Shown: positions 12,251 to 25,061 of the stretch, piece after piece
Position numbering within the stretch: position 1 is the stretch's first letter
How the letters are laid out: the number at the start of each line of letters is the position of its first letter
NCBI RefSeq assembly: GCF_018350175.1
Contig: NC_058368.1
Coordinates: 24,554,001-24,618,000, forward strand
DNA length: 64,000 bases
Direction: 5' to 3'
DNA from: Felis catus
Lineage: Eukaryota
Translations under genes and position numbers: made by a program
Notes under the pieces: generated by a model
Databases searched by the model: none
What the model saw: only the letters and a program-made list of their open reading frames with translations
Told to the model about the DNA's origin: nothing

Positions 12251-12870
12251 CATTCTCATTTGGGGCCCGCATAAAGGGAGCACTATGGTTAAAACATGCT
12301 ACCACTCATGAGAACCTCACTAAAAGTGCCTTTCGGTTTCTTGCTTCTCTAGCTTAGGGAGGTGTTATATGAACACAAGGTCCGTAGCAAATGTCTAATC
12401 CAGATGGTCACCAGCATACCTCAAGGCTGCCACTTTCTTTGGCCATAATCAGCACGTGCTTAAGGAATGCCGACTAAGCCCAACGTTTGTCCAGGCAGAA
12501 CACAGGAGGCAAACCCACTGCCAAAAATAAAGATGCATTCCAAAGTCAAACATTAGTTACTTGCGGACGATGTACTGTTTTGTATCAGCCCTGCCAGGGC
12601 TTTGGCCCTCGCTCCTGTTCATCATGTTCACTCCCTCTGAATTTCCCAAAAGAGCTTCCTTACTACTTTACCAGAGGCATGAGCTCAAGGGCTTAGTAGC
12701 CAGCCTCACTCTTGCATCCAGGCCAAAAAGAGCTTCGTACAAGCATTTCAAGAAAAATCTAAATAGAGAGAGAGAAAAGATGATGTATTTAACATAAAAT
12801 GAGCAAGTTGCTGTATCATTCAACTCAAATGGATCCTATCATTAATCCAAATTAAATGTCTCCCGTGTTT

Positions 12871-13262
12871 GGGGCACCTGGGCGGCATCTGACTCTCTTT
12901 ATTTCAGCTCAGGTCTTGGTCTCAGGGTCATGAGTTCAAGCCCTGCATTGGGCTCCACACGGGGCATGAGGCCTACTTTTTTTTTTTTTTTTTTCAACGT
13001 TTATTTATTTTTGGGACAGAGAGAGACAGAGCATGAACGGGGGAGGGGCAGAGAGAGAGGGAGACACAGAATCGGAAACAGGCTCCAGGCTCTGAGCCAT
13101 CAGCCCAGAGCCTGACGCGGGGCTGGAACTCACGGACCGCGAGATCGTGACCTGGCTGAAGTCGGACGCTTAACCGACTGCGCCACCCAGGCGCCCCATG
13201 AGGCCTACTTTAAGAGAGAGAGAGAGACAGAGAGAAAGAGACAGACAGACAGATAGATAGAT
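12871..13262 (+). mobile_element. Short old Can-SINE interrupted by an antisense SINEC_Fc (12980-13197)
   Basis: Inner TSD atgaggcctacttt (12966-12979 / 13198-13211); outer flanks aaatgtctcccgtg / aaatggctcctgtg. Confidence 0.9.
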
Positions 13263-13914
13263 AAATGGCTCCTGTGAGCACACATTGACTTCCCACTGTC
13301 TTCAAGGCGCTGGACAGGGCTCAAGAAGCTTTGTTAACATTCAGTCAACTCCTGAAGCTGAAAACCACAAGCCCTGTCCAAGGCTTTGAAAAGAGAGCAC
13401 TGTGTACCCATCTCCCAAACACACTTTTAGTTTAGTAGATCTACGTGACACAGCCACGTCTCCTTCAGCTTAGAGAGAGAACCATTTGAGTGCAGAGCAT
13501 AGGGATGAAAAGCCCCTCCAAGCACAGCTCCAGTGCCCTAACCACAAGGCCGAGTAACAGGGCTTTGTGTAGATAGATGGCGGTGCACGCATACCCCACG
13601 GCTGTGTGCAACTAAGTCACACAGCAGGCAACTTCACCGAAGTTTGGGATGCGGAGCTGAGCTCAAACTCCACACCTGTAAGATCATTAATTAACCTGCA
13701 GTGGAGAACACACTTTGCCATGCTGGTGATAATGGAGGAAAGCAGCACAGAGCCTTCTAGCGGTTCTCTGCTTCCTATGGTCAGCCAGAGTCAGGACCCT
13801 AATTAAAGAATGGCTCTTATCCGTCAGGCATACCTTGACTCGATCTTTTCAAGTTATCTCATCGCCCACTAGCCAAAAGAATCTGTTATTCTAACATTCA
13901 AGAATGTACTTGTA

Positions 13915-14091
13915 GGGGCGCCTGGGTGGCTCAGCGAGTTCAGCGTCCAACTCTTGGTTTCAGCTCAGGTCATGATCTCATGGGATTTGTGAGATCGAGC
14001 CCCACGTTGGGCTCTGGGCTAACAGTGCAAAGCGTGCTTGGGATTCTCTCTCTCTCTCTCTCTCTCAAAATAAATAAACATTAAAAAAAAA
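13915..14091 (+). mobile_element. Can-SINE
   Basis: Head, CT tract, A tail; flanking aagaatgta repeat. Confidence 0.9.
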
Positions 14092-14719
14092 GAATGTAAA
14101 TATTTAATGTAAATTTCATCCTAAGACTAAGCAGAATCTTTAACGTTACTGCTGCCCAAAAGAATTTTGCTGGCTGAATTTATCCAAACGAACCAGGAGA
14201 AGATGAAGAAAAACCAATAAATATCCCACACACCAAAATGGAAAAAAAAAATTAATACCAAGCAACCAAAAGTAAACACATATTTATCATAAACAGTTTT
14301 AAGTTACTTGGTTGACTTTTTAAAATCTTTTACAACGCTGAGGTTTGTTTGCCTTCCTTTTAAAAACCTTAGAACATGCACATAATGGTTTATATGTTTG
14401 AAGAGAGCAAATATTTGAGATGGAACTGCTTTAAAAAGCAGAGAGGGGGACCCACAAATAATTATTTTAAATCTCCAAACAGATGAAGAGAAAAAGGTAT
14501 GCCGTTTATCAGCCAACCATACAACGTGGTCTGCAAATGCCACTTCTTCCCTGATCGTGCCATCGAAAATAGTCTCTTTCCCTGTGTGTCACTTGTCACC
14601 ATTGGTCACGATATATGTCCAGGCTCCTCTCCACTAGACAAAGTGGCAGCTCCACGAAGTCAGGCACCGTGTTCACTCTATGCACTTGTATACGAATCAT
14701 CCAGCATGGAGCCAGGCAT

Positions 14720-15110
14720 TCATTCACGTGTCCACTTTATTCATTTATTGAGCTCAAATATTTACAAAGCTCCTACCATGGGCTAGACACCGTCCTGGGA
14801 ACTAGCGGTACTTGTTACAAGAGAAAAAGACAAACAAGGTCTCTGCCAGCATTTGACGGCGGCAGGGGAGAAGGACAACAAAGAAGCAAACAAAAGGAAC
14901 AAGTAATAATAGCTGACAGTTACAAAGTGTTTCTCATACGCCAGGCACTGCTTTACACGCCTTACATGCTCAATTTCCCAAAGCCCTCTGAAATAGGTAC
15001 TGGGCGGGGCTTTCCCAGTGACTTGCCCAAGGTCACCAGGCCAATAGGCAGAAACGCAAGAACCCTAACCTTAACTGCCTTGAATGTGGTTCCAAGCCAC
15101 TAGGCACACT
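14720..15110 (-). mobile_element. L2 3' end followed by MIR
   Basis: cattcattca...tatttacaaagctcctaccatgggctagacacc (L2); gtgacttgcccaaggtcacc (MIR). Confidence 0.6.
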
Positions 15111-15197
15111 GCTGTGTGATCCGTTGCCGACTTGAATACCTGGTCTCCAAGCCCACGACCTGAACAACTACCGCGGTTTCCAACCCCTTGGATGGTC

Positions 15198-15202
<5 letters not shown>

Positions 15203-15249
<47 letters not shown>
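15203..15249. repeat. A47 homopolymer
   Basis: Read directly; no attached SINE or LINE body. Confidence 0.9.
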
Positions 15250-15251
<2 letters not shown>

Positions 15252-15814
15252 CGGAAGCCAGTGACAGAGACGTGGTGATTTGAGCGCTTTGCTATTTCAC
15301 TCTGGTAAAGCTCTCACATCATGTACATTCTAAGGAGCCCCCACAGCCCTGGAAGATGACCTACCTGGCCCACTTCAAGAAAACCCAGTGCCCACAGCCA
15401 GCACTGCTCAGTTACGTGGCACAAAAGGCCAAGTGTGGAAGAGAGTTGGTGCCCACCACGCAAGGATCTACACTTGAGTCTCTTCTGGCACTCAGGCTAA
15501 CACATCGCCCTAAGACCACTGACAACTGTTCTCTCGGCATGCAGTATACTCCACAGAATCACGCGACAGGCAAGAATCAAAGTGGGGGACATATTCCAAG
15601 ATCCAGAAACTAGACCTGATGCAGACCTGTCGTCTCATCGTGCTGGGTCACTTGCGCTAACAGCCCAGACACACAAGGTGCACTGGGCAGTCAGACTGTG
15701 CTTTGATCAACAAAACTCTACTATATATTTAAAACTTACAGGAGTCCCTTTTTTGTTGTTTGGGGTTGGTTTTTTTTTTTTTTTTTTTTTTTTTAATAAT
15801 AGTTAACCACTCTT

Positions 15815-16023
15815 TTTTTTTTTTAATCTTTATTTATCTTTGAGAGAGAAACAGCGTGTGAGCAGGGTGGGAGCAGAGAGAGAGGGAGACGCAGAATCCG
15901 AAGCAGGCTCCAGGCTCTGAGCTGTCAGCACAGAGCCCGACGCGGGGCTCGAACCCACGAACCGTGAGATCATGACCTGAGCCGAAGTCAGATGTTCAAC
16001 CGACTGAGCCACCCAGGCGCCCC
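15815..16023 (-). mobile_element. Can-SINE
   Basis: TSD aataatagttaa(cc/tt)actctt. Confidence 0.95.
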
Positions 16024-16392
16024 AATAATAGTTAATTACTCTTAAGGGTGAGCCCTGGGTGAATTTCAGTGGTCTACAAATCCATCAAGGACAGGGCCCA
16101 GGGTAAGCACCATTAGCTTTTAATTCTGTACCTGAGAAAGGCGGGTGAAGTGGGGAAACGGCTGATTGGAGCAGGCTAAAAACACAGCAACTTAAAAAAT
16201 GTGAACAGAAATCCTAAGTCATCCTCTCCTGTCTTTTAATTTTAGACATTCCTGCTCTACCACAGTAAAAGTCAGGAAAGTATGAAGTACATCTCCTAAG
16301 ATAAACGAAAAATTCTGTGGTGGCCATGCCATTCGAGAATCGATTCCACCTCACCTTTGCTGTGTATCGTCTCTTTTAAAAATCTAACTTCT

Positions 16393-16603
16393 GGGGCGCC
16401 TGGGTGGCTCAGTCGGTTAAGCGTCCGACTTCAGCTCAGGTCACGATCCCGCGGTCTGTGAGTTCGAGCCCCGCGTTGGGCTCTGGGCTGATGGCTCAGA
16501 GCCTGGAGCCTGCTTCTGATTCTATGTCTCCCTCTCTCTGCCCCTCCCCCGTTCATGCTCTGTCTCTCTCTGTCTCAAAAATAAATAAACGTTAAAAAAA
16601 AAA
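16393..16603 (+). mobile_element. Can-SINE
   Basis: TSD aaaaatctaacttct. Confidence 0.95.
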
Positions 16604-16927
16604 ATCTAACTTCTTTACGGGTTCCACTCTTCCCTAGTAGAAGATGTCTTACACACTCAGGCTTTTCTAACAGAATAAAGGGAACCTTTTTTTTTTTTTT
16701 CAATCAACCTAACACTAATTGAAAAGTTTCACTAATATCCACCTGGGCCCTGGAGAGAACAAAAAAGGAAATAAAAGGCCCTGGAGAGAATTAAGAGAAA
16801 GAAATATAGATGGAGTTTCTCATGCACAGAGCAAAACATGTCTAGGGGCAGAAAGACCTGATTTAATTTTGATGTCTCCACTTATCAGCTCTGTGACCTG
16901 GAGTAAATCATTTAAATTGAACCTTGG

Positions 16928-17092
16928 GGGGCGCCTGGGTGGCTCACTTGGTTGAGTGATCAGCTTCGGCTCAGGTCATGATCTCACAGTTTGTGGGTTC
17001 GAGTCCCGTGTCAGCACTGTGCTGATGGCTGGGAGCCTGGAGCCTGCTTCGGATTCTGTGTCTCCTTCTCTCTCTGCCCCTCCCCCACTTGT

Positions 17093-17139
<47 letters not shown>

Positions 17140-17180
17140 AGTAAATAAATGTAAAAAAAAAAAAGAAAAAATTTTTAAAA
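16928..17180 (+). mobile_element. Can-SINE with a long (CT)n, inserted in a MIR
   Basis: TSD aaattga(a/g)ccttgg. Confidence 0.9.
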
Positions 17181-18315
17181 ATTGAGCCTTGGATTTCAGA
17201 GGCCATGATACCTAATTTTTAGCCTTAGTGTAAAAGTCACACGAACTGACTTCCTTTTATGCCAGTCTCTGGTAAAGAAACAATAAACGTCACATTCTTT
17301 TCTTTCCACTACCTTCAAGGAGTTTGCCAGGAGTCAAGAGTAGGATGTGACCACTCAAGTCAAGTTGGATTTGAATCTCAATTTCTCCACTTAGTACCTG
17401 GACATTCCTCTCTGAGCCTCAATTTCCTAATCCGTCAGATAGGGAGAAAACATATACTTACCTCCTTGGGGACTGCTGGAAAAAAGCCACCTAATGTGCA
17501 CAGCACACCAGACCCAATAAATAAAGCGATTATCATTCTTATTGTTCTGAATTGGGAAGAACAGACACGAAATTAAAGAATAACTGAGGGACCTGATCAC
17601 TTAAACCACCTGGTTCAGACCCAAAGCCTGAAGCTCAGAGAAGATGGAGGTGAACGGGGAGCGTAGGAGACTGGGACCGGGGACATCACGGAAGAGGCAG
17701 GAGCTGAGATTTGGGGATGACTGACAGGCACTGGAGTACTGGAGTTTTATTTTTTATTGTTTTGTTTTCTGTTTTATTTTACTTGGCAAATGCAGAGAGG
17801 AAAGCAAAGGTATGGTCAAAGGCAGAGTAGGGCCACTTAACCCAGAACATATGGGGACACGACAGGAAAAGGCAGCTGGAGCCCCAGGGGTCCTTGAGGA
17901 GGGTGTGAGGAAAACCCAGTGGGATAAGAAGGGTGGCGCCAGAGTCCAGGACCCATCAGATCTGCCAGCAGGCGGCTGACCCTGGCTGGGCAGGCAGGAG
18001 AGAGCCACAGAAGGAGGCTGGGCAAGGGGTGTGCCGGTCACAGGTGTGATGTAGGAAGTCTGGAAGTGATATGCCACATGGTCTTCGTGCTACAGCTACA
18101 GACAGGGAGTAGACAAAGTGCTCCCCTTCCTCCAGGAAAGGACAGTCCTTTCTAAATGACAGTGTGCATGGTGGGAAAGGGGAATGCTTTACAGTCAGAC
18201 AAATGAGATTCAAACCCCGGCTCCCCCACGTCCCATGTGGGGATCTTGGGCAAGCTGCTTAATACCCACAAGCCTCAGTTTCTGTACTTGATGACATTTA
18301 AGGTACATGACACCG

Positions 18316-18488
18316 GGGGCACCTGGGTGGCTCAGTCAGTTAAGCGTCCAACTTCGGCTCAGGTCATGATCTCAGGATTCGTGGGTGTGAACCCCGCGTC
18401 AGGCTCTGTGCTGACAGCTCCGAGCCTGGAGCCTGCTTCGGATTCTGTCTCCCCCTGTCTCCCTGCCCCTCCCCCGCTTATGCACGAG

Positions 18489-18529
<41 letters not shown>

Positions 18530-18563
18530 AAATAAATAAATGTTCAAAAAAAATTTTTTTAAA
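18316..18563 (+). mobile_element. Can-SINE inserted in a MIR
   Basis: TSD taaggta(c/g)atgacacc. Confidence 0.95.
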
Positions 18564-19563
18564 TAAGGTAGATGACACCTATCATATAGGCTGGGGAGAA
18601 GAATGGGATCCTGTCTGCACAGTGTCTGGAACCCAAGAGACATACAACCAATGCTCTTGGGCCATGGACTTCATTAGCCGACATCAGCAGCCCGGTGGTC
18701 GTAGAAAACAACTCAGTATCAGTTTTGTCCATCAATAAAATAAAATGCCACTCATAAATAGAATTAGAATATTTTATAGTATGTCTATGCAGACAGTTAA
18801 CAAGCTGTTCCAAAATAAAGAAAATGAAGATCAAAGAATCTGCCCACTACAATAGAAATATCAGTCTTCTAACAGTGAGGCATTGATTCGGCCATAAAGA
18901 CCCAATTATTCTGTGTTTTAAAATAGCCCGTCAACCGGGAATACACAGCACGCGAAGAGCTAAAATACACATTGCAAACGGTCTACTTTGTAAGTTGAAT
19001 AATGGGTCTACTTTACTAAGTTACAATTTATAAACAAAAAATGCCCCCATCTGCAAGGGTAGAGTTCCCTGAGTGCCGCCAAATGCACACACCTGGGTAC
19101 TCCACGTTACAATCAGGACACAGACTGTTTGCACCACACCTTGTACCTTCCCAGGTGATCACATCCCCACCCCCAGTCCCAGCGTCCTGCCGGCTCTCTG
19201 CCCTGTGTCTATTTCACTATCATCATTTAAATCATGCCCACATTTTGTGTAGACTCCTTTTACACACACTATATTTCAAACATTTTAAAAGAGTACTGCG
19301 TTTTGCCCACTAAAATTAACAATGAATGCCAAACACCTTCCTGTGAGGGTTTCTTGGTGTGAAAGTTAAAAAGAGAAACCAGCCAAAGGACATACAGCCA
19401 AAGCATAGCAGTACGGGCAGTTGACAGAGATGGCCAGGATAAAATCTTCAGATTCTAGACCTGATCTAATCTGACAGTCACTGGGGAGGGGCGTGGAGGA
19501 GGGGCAGGGGGATGTGCAAGTCACTTCATTGGTCTCCTTTTCAGTTTATCCTTAAGAGATGGT

Positions 19564-19771
19564 GGGGCACCTGAGTGGTTCAGTCGATTAAGCATCCGAG
19601 TCTTGATTTCGGCTCAGGTCATGATCTCACAGTTTGTGAGTTGGAGCCTCAAATCGGGTTCTGTGCTGACTGAGCAGTGCCTGCTTGGGATCCTCTCTCT
19701 CCTTCTCTTTCTGCCCTGCCTCTGCACGCTCTCTCTCTCTCTCCCTCCTACTCAAAAAATAATAAATAAAC

Positions 19772-19804
<33 letters not shown>
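19564..19804 (+). mobile_element. Can-SINE with a (GA)n tail
   Basis: Flanked by agagatggt; the GA repeat extends from the 3' TSD copy. Confidence 0.9.
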
Positions 19805-19807
<3 letters not shown>

Positions 19808-22018
19808 TGTCTATGGTCCCGTATGAGTGGAGTGATCATAGGACTTAGCGTCCAAATCAGGAGCTGCTATCATCCATTAAGCCAGCGCAAGCGTATAAAC
19901 CAAGCTGGACTTGGCATGAGGCTACTTATGTGCACCCTGTAAGAGCACGTCTTATGATGTGTACAGTGACCAAATGTTCTCTTCCAAACTGAAAGTGTTG
20001 CAGATCACAAAGTGGTATGTTAGAAAGCCGATGTCTCTCATCCAAAACTCATGAGGCTCATCAAGCAATCTACCTTGTGGAATTGAGAGGTTACAAACAA
20101 GGCTGCCAGAGGAGAGAAGGGGCCTGAGACACTGACACACTAGAGAGCACAACGCACCCCACACAATGAAACGAAACAACCACCTTAGAAAGACGCAGTC
20201 TGCCTGATTATGCAAGCACTTAGCTGGGGTACCCTCTCTTTGCCATCCCCTCTCTAAGAGGCAGACACTGGGGGCTCTATCAGGGCATATTACCTCAGAA
20301 CTCCCACTGTGCAAATTTCATATTGCGATACCAAGTCCTCATTAAGATATCAGGACTCTGGGGGTGGGAGGGGTGCAGAAGCAAGCCTGTACAGCCACCA
20401 ACTGAATTTCATAAACCAGATCAGACTTAGGCACCTTAGCAAGCATAAAGTTATAGCTTCCTTTAAAGTACTGCATAGATACAGGAAAGCATTAATTGTA
20501 AATATCTGAACAAACCACAGCCAGCGTTTATTGCAAGACTACAGCCACAGGAATGAATAACACAACTAAAACTAACTTTCATTTATCCAGGCTTTCTAAA
20601 GGCCAGAAAAACACATATAATTGCCTAAAATTGCATGCAGAGATTATCACCCACACCTCCGAGGGAGCTGTACAAAGAGAGGTCTATCTGCCTTCAACTA
20701 AACAATCAGATTCCTTTGACTTAGATCAATTTGCATCAACACAAAAAATTTTGGTTATTTAGCCATAAACCATGCTGCCATTTTAGCCAAAATGGGCTGC
20801 TGTTCAATCCCATTTATAAGATTGCAAAAGCAATTAATTAGTGTACTGAAGGATCTGTAGGACAAAGTAATATGCATTTTTAGAAACCAAATCAATGATT
20901 ACTACCTAATAAAACTTTTAGAATATAAACACTTGTGTTACACAGGGAATGTTCTAGAAAGTAAACTACTTGCTCACTCACCCAATGGCTCTTCATTCAT
21001 TTCTCATAGTAGGGACAAAAAATCTAGTAATGTTTAAATGGGTTGTTCAATTAGGTCACATGTTATATGCAGCCTAACAAAATTTTATACCAAAACTAAA
21101 AACCCTAATGTGTATTTACATTTCTAAACAACAGAAACCTTGGAGAATTTTTGAAACTAGTAATTATTGCTCCTTTAAAAGGCAGTTCTCAGAATGGAGC
21201 TGATAACTGGCCATTACGCACAGGTGAGGATTAGAACTCGCCGCACCTGTACCTGTGTCCCCACACCCGCTTTCAGACTAGTGGGAGAAAGAAAGTAGTC
21301 CAGAATCTGAGTCCAGCCCAAGCTCCATTATCTGAGTCACCCCAGGGACTGCCTGTCAAAATGCTATGGCCTTGATTCTCATGACAAAATCCCCTCCTGT
21401 AGTCTGTTCCTCCAGTTGTACATATTCAGTGACACCGTAGCAGAGCCTGGCAAGAGACTCCAGAACTTTCCACAAGAGTTCAGACTCCGGTTCTGCTCTG
21501 TCTTTACTGGATCGACAAGCCTACTATAAGCTTGCCTAACTGACCCATTTCCTTCTCGGCAACAAGGACAGTACCTACCTTGCAAGCTGGTCGTGAAGAC
21601 TGAAGAAATATTCCTAAGGAACCTGGATCCAGAGGACATCCCCCTTTCAGTTCCATTACCAGTAACTTCAGGATGATACTGAACCTATCACAAGCCTTTT
21701 AAAGAATTAATACCTGAATAAAGTTCAAAATAAATGCCGGATGCTAGGAAAACAGTGAGAAAGGAACAGATACCTTTAAGCATTGAAGCCTATATATTCA
21801 TTTCTAAAGCTCTGCCTCCTCATAGACATCTCTCACATCTTACAGAAGAATTAATTGCTAAACATCCTCAGAGCAGTTGCCAAAATGTAAAAAGATTCAC
21901 AAATTGTTTTTGCCAAGAGCATAAAAAGGTTATCTATTTTAATCTAGAAAGCTTTTATTTATTTATTCATTTACTTATTTGTCTAGAAGGCTTTTAAATA
22001 TTTTCTAGAGAGCTTTTA

Positions 22019-22228
22019 CTTTTTTTAACTTTTTTTAATGTCTATTTTTGAGAAAGAGACAGAGCGCAAGTGGGGGAGGGGCAGAGAGTGAGGGACACAG
22101 AATCCTAAGCAGGCTCCAGGCTCTGAGCTGTCAGCACAGAGCCCAACCAGGGCTCAAACCCACGAACCGTGACATCATGAGCTGAGCTAAAGTCAGACGC
22201 TTAACAGACTTAGCCACCCAGGTGCCCC
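22019..22228 (-). mobile_element. Can-SINE
   Basis: Reverse head ends gccacccaggtgcccc. Confidence 0.9.
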
Positions 22229-22856
22229 ATCTGGAAAACTCTTAAATCAGTGTCAGGACTCTTGCACAGGGCAGAGAGCTGCAAGGCAAGCCCTCCTCTG
22301 AGGCCTCACCCACTCCTTCCCACCCTCCAATCCTGAGGCCAAAAACCAGTCTTGGTCCCCAGACTCTTGGCCTCGTCTTGGTCCCCAGACTCCTGGCCTG
22401 AATACATAGTGTGGCACTGGAACACACTTCCCCATCCTTTACTGGGAGGATCCTGGACTCATTCTTCTCATCAGCCTGGTCCCCCACAGGATTTCTCTGT
22501 CCTGATAAAATCAAATCAGACCTAAGAACGCTGTTATATTGCTAGCTGAATAGAAATCACATAAAAACTCAGAAGACCTTGTCTTGGCTCAACCGTCCTA
22601 TAGCAACATAACCCAAGGAAAACCATTTCACCCTCTAATCTGGGTTTCCTCACTACATAGAATTTGGCTCTATGTAGAGCTGGAATAATAAATCCCACCT
22701 ACTCCACCATCTTCCAAAGACTGCCAAAGAGTATCAGTAATGCTTACACACAGTGAAAGCACGTATACTCAAGCATTCTGGATATTAAAATCATTTTGTA
22801 ATGTCACAAAATTTCCAGGAGTTTAGGTTTTTTGTGCTTTAAAAAATTGAATCTCA

Positions 22857-23071
22857 GGGCGCTTGGGTGGTTCAGTTGGTTAAGCGTCCAACTTTGGCTC
22901 AGGTCATGACCTTGAGGTCCATGGGTTCGAAGCCCCATGTTGAACTCTGTGCTGACAGCTCAGAGCCTGGAGCCTGCTTCGGATTCTGTGTCTCCGTCTC
23001 TCTCTGCCACTCTCCTGCTTTTGTGCTCTCTCTCTCTCTCAAAAAATAAATAAATGACCATTTTTTTAAAA
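22857..23071 (+). mobile_element. Can-SINE
   Basis: Head, CT tract, AATAAA tail. Confidence 0.9.
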
Positions 23072-23099
23072 ACCTGAGTATCTTTTCTAAAGATAATAG

Positions 23100-23310
23100 A
23101 GTATAAAAATAATGGCAAAGGTCAATGCCAGGCACTGAACTAAGCACTTTACACATATATTCGTTTACTTACTCCTCACGATAATTCTGTGATTGTTATC
23201 CCTCATTTTATGCTGAAGAAACGGAGTCAAGGGAGGTTAAATACTCGCCACGTCCTGGTGGAGCTAGGACTAAGACCCAGCCACAGTGTGCTCTTAGCCC
23301 GTATGCTAAT
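23100..23310 (-). mobile_element. MIR
   Basis: atgccaggcactgaactaagcactttaca...attttatgctgaagaaacggagtc. Confidence 0.7.
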
Positions 23311-23527
23311 AATATGCCAACAACTTCCAACTATTTATTTTACTGAAGAAAACGGTCCTGCACCTTCCCTCAGGAACTGTCACAGCCCTGAGGGGTAAAG
23401 AGCATTTTCACTTCTAACAAATCACAAACCTGAAGTTCAGTGAGATTCAGGAACTTGCTTCAAAATTCTAAACTTAATAAATCGAGAAGATAATACATAA
23501 AAAATATAAAAATTTTGGAGAGAAGTA

Positions 23528-23754
23528 TTAAAAAAATTTTTTTAATGTTTATTTTTTGAGAGAGAGACAGAAACAGAGTACAAGCCAGGGAGGGGCAGAG
23601 AGAGAGAGAAGGAAACACAGAATCTGAAGCAGGCTTCAGGCTCTGAGCTGTCAGCACAGAGCCCGATGCGGGGCTCAAACTCACGAACCGAACCGTGAGA
23701 TCATGACCTGAGCCAAAGTCAGAGGCTTAACTGACTGAGCCACCCAGGCACCCC
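23528..23754 (-). mobile_element. Can-SINE
   Basis: TSD ggagagaagt(a/g)tt. Confidence 0.9.
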
Positions 23755-24916
23755 TGGGAGAGAAGTGTTTAAATTCCTGCCGGGCCAGCCCCTCCCTTGT
23801 GGAGTCCCAGAGCAGACACTCTGACTTGGGCCAACCGTAGCTCCCCATACCGGTGGGAAGGAGCACCCACGGACCCAGGGACCTGGAGGAGGGGAGGGAA
23901 ACCTTCTGGCGCTCAGTCGGAAAGGATAAAAGGAGAAGGAATTATCCCCATGAGGAGGGGGTTTCATTCACAGCCTGATGCCAAGATCTCCAGATTCACA
24001 ATTTCATGTCACAACTTACGCCGCGTTTTTCCAAAGAAACAATGAGAAACCACCATTAATATGAAGGCCCATCGCTGCCAGGGTTAAATAGACGGTTGGC
24101 GGGAGAACCAAACCACCACTTACTGCTTTATTTCCACAGGAAAATGTATTCCAAGAAAAACACAGCAATGAAAGACCGCTGCGGGCCTCCAGTTTGTAGG
24201 CCGGGGACTGTCCAACACGCCTTTCAGTATTTGGAATCCCATCCACCTGGGGCCCATGCATGCCCCCCAAACCACATGCAGTAAAATCCTGAACTAACAT
24301 ATTTCATCTTTAACCACTATTAGTTATATATCTTACTCTCCCTGGTTTTAAACCATACGTTATTAAAGATTTCACAGTAGTTTTTGGTCTTTTAGCGACC
24401 GTCCATGTGGCGGGTCCAGAAAAGTGTGACCTGAGAATTCTATGAAGGGTAGGAGTTCTTCCATCTCTGCCGGGGTGGCCTCCTGGCTCCACAGAAACAG
24501 CTCTTTGGTGTCAGGCTGTGAGACTCTGCCTTGGTTCAGGAGCCTACCCACCGCCCTCCTGTGTGACCTTGGGCCTCAGTGTCCTCAGTCATTGAAGGAG
24601 GGAGAGATGTGAATGGACGTTTTCCAGATATCTAAACTCCCTCTTCAAGCCACAGTCGTCAAGAAAGGCATTTCAGAAGCAGATGAACGGGAACCAGACA
24701 CAGGAGGTCAGGAGGAATCCAGATAACAGCTAGAAGAGTTAGGGAGTTCCTACTATAGTTAGAACACTTAGCAAGAATTAAATGAGGCCATACCTAGAGT
24801 ACACATATTTAATACATAGGTTTACATATAAAGCACTAGGATCAACATCTGGCACAGAGAAAGCACTTGATAATGTTCTCGTATCCATATAATTATTGTC
24901 CTCACAACAGCTCTAC

Positions 24917-25061
24917 ATCAGGCTCTGGGCTGATGGCTCAGAGCCTGGAGCCTGTTTCCGATTCTGTGTCTCCCTCTCTCTCTGCCCCTCCCCTGTTCAT
25001 GCTCTGTCTCTCTCTGTCCCAAAAATAAATAAACGTTGAAAAAAAAATTTAAAAAAAAAAA
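24917..25061 (+). mobile_element. 5'-truncated SINEC_Fc
   Basis: Begins mid-element (tcaggctctgggctgatgg) with an intact CT tract and A tail. Confidence 0.9.

Noticed and set aside
14615..15103. 162-aa plus-strand ORF
   Set aside because: Runs through L2 and MIR relics with no protein-like signal.
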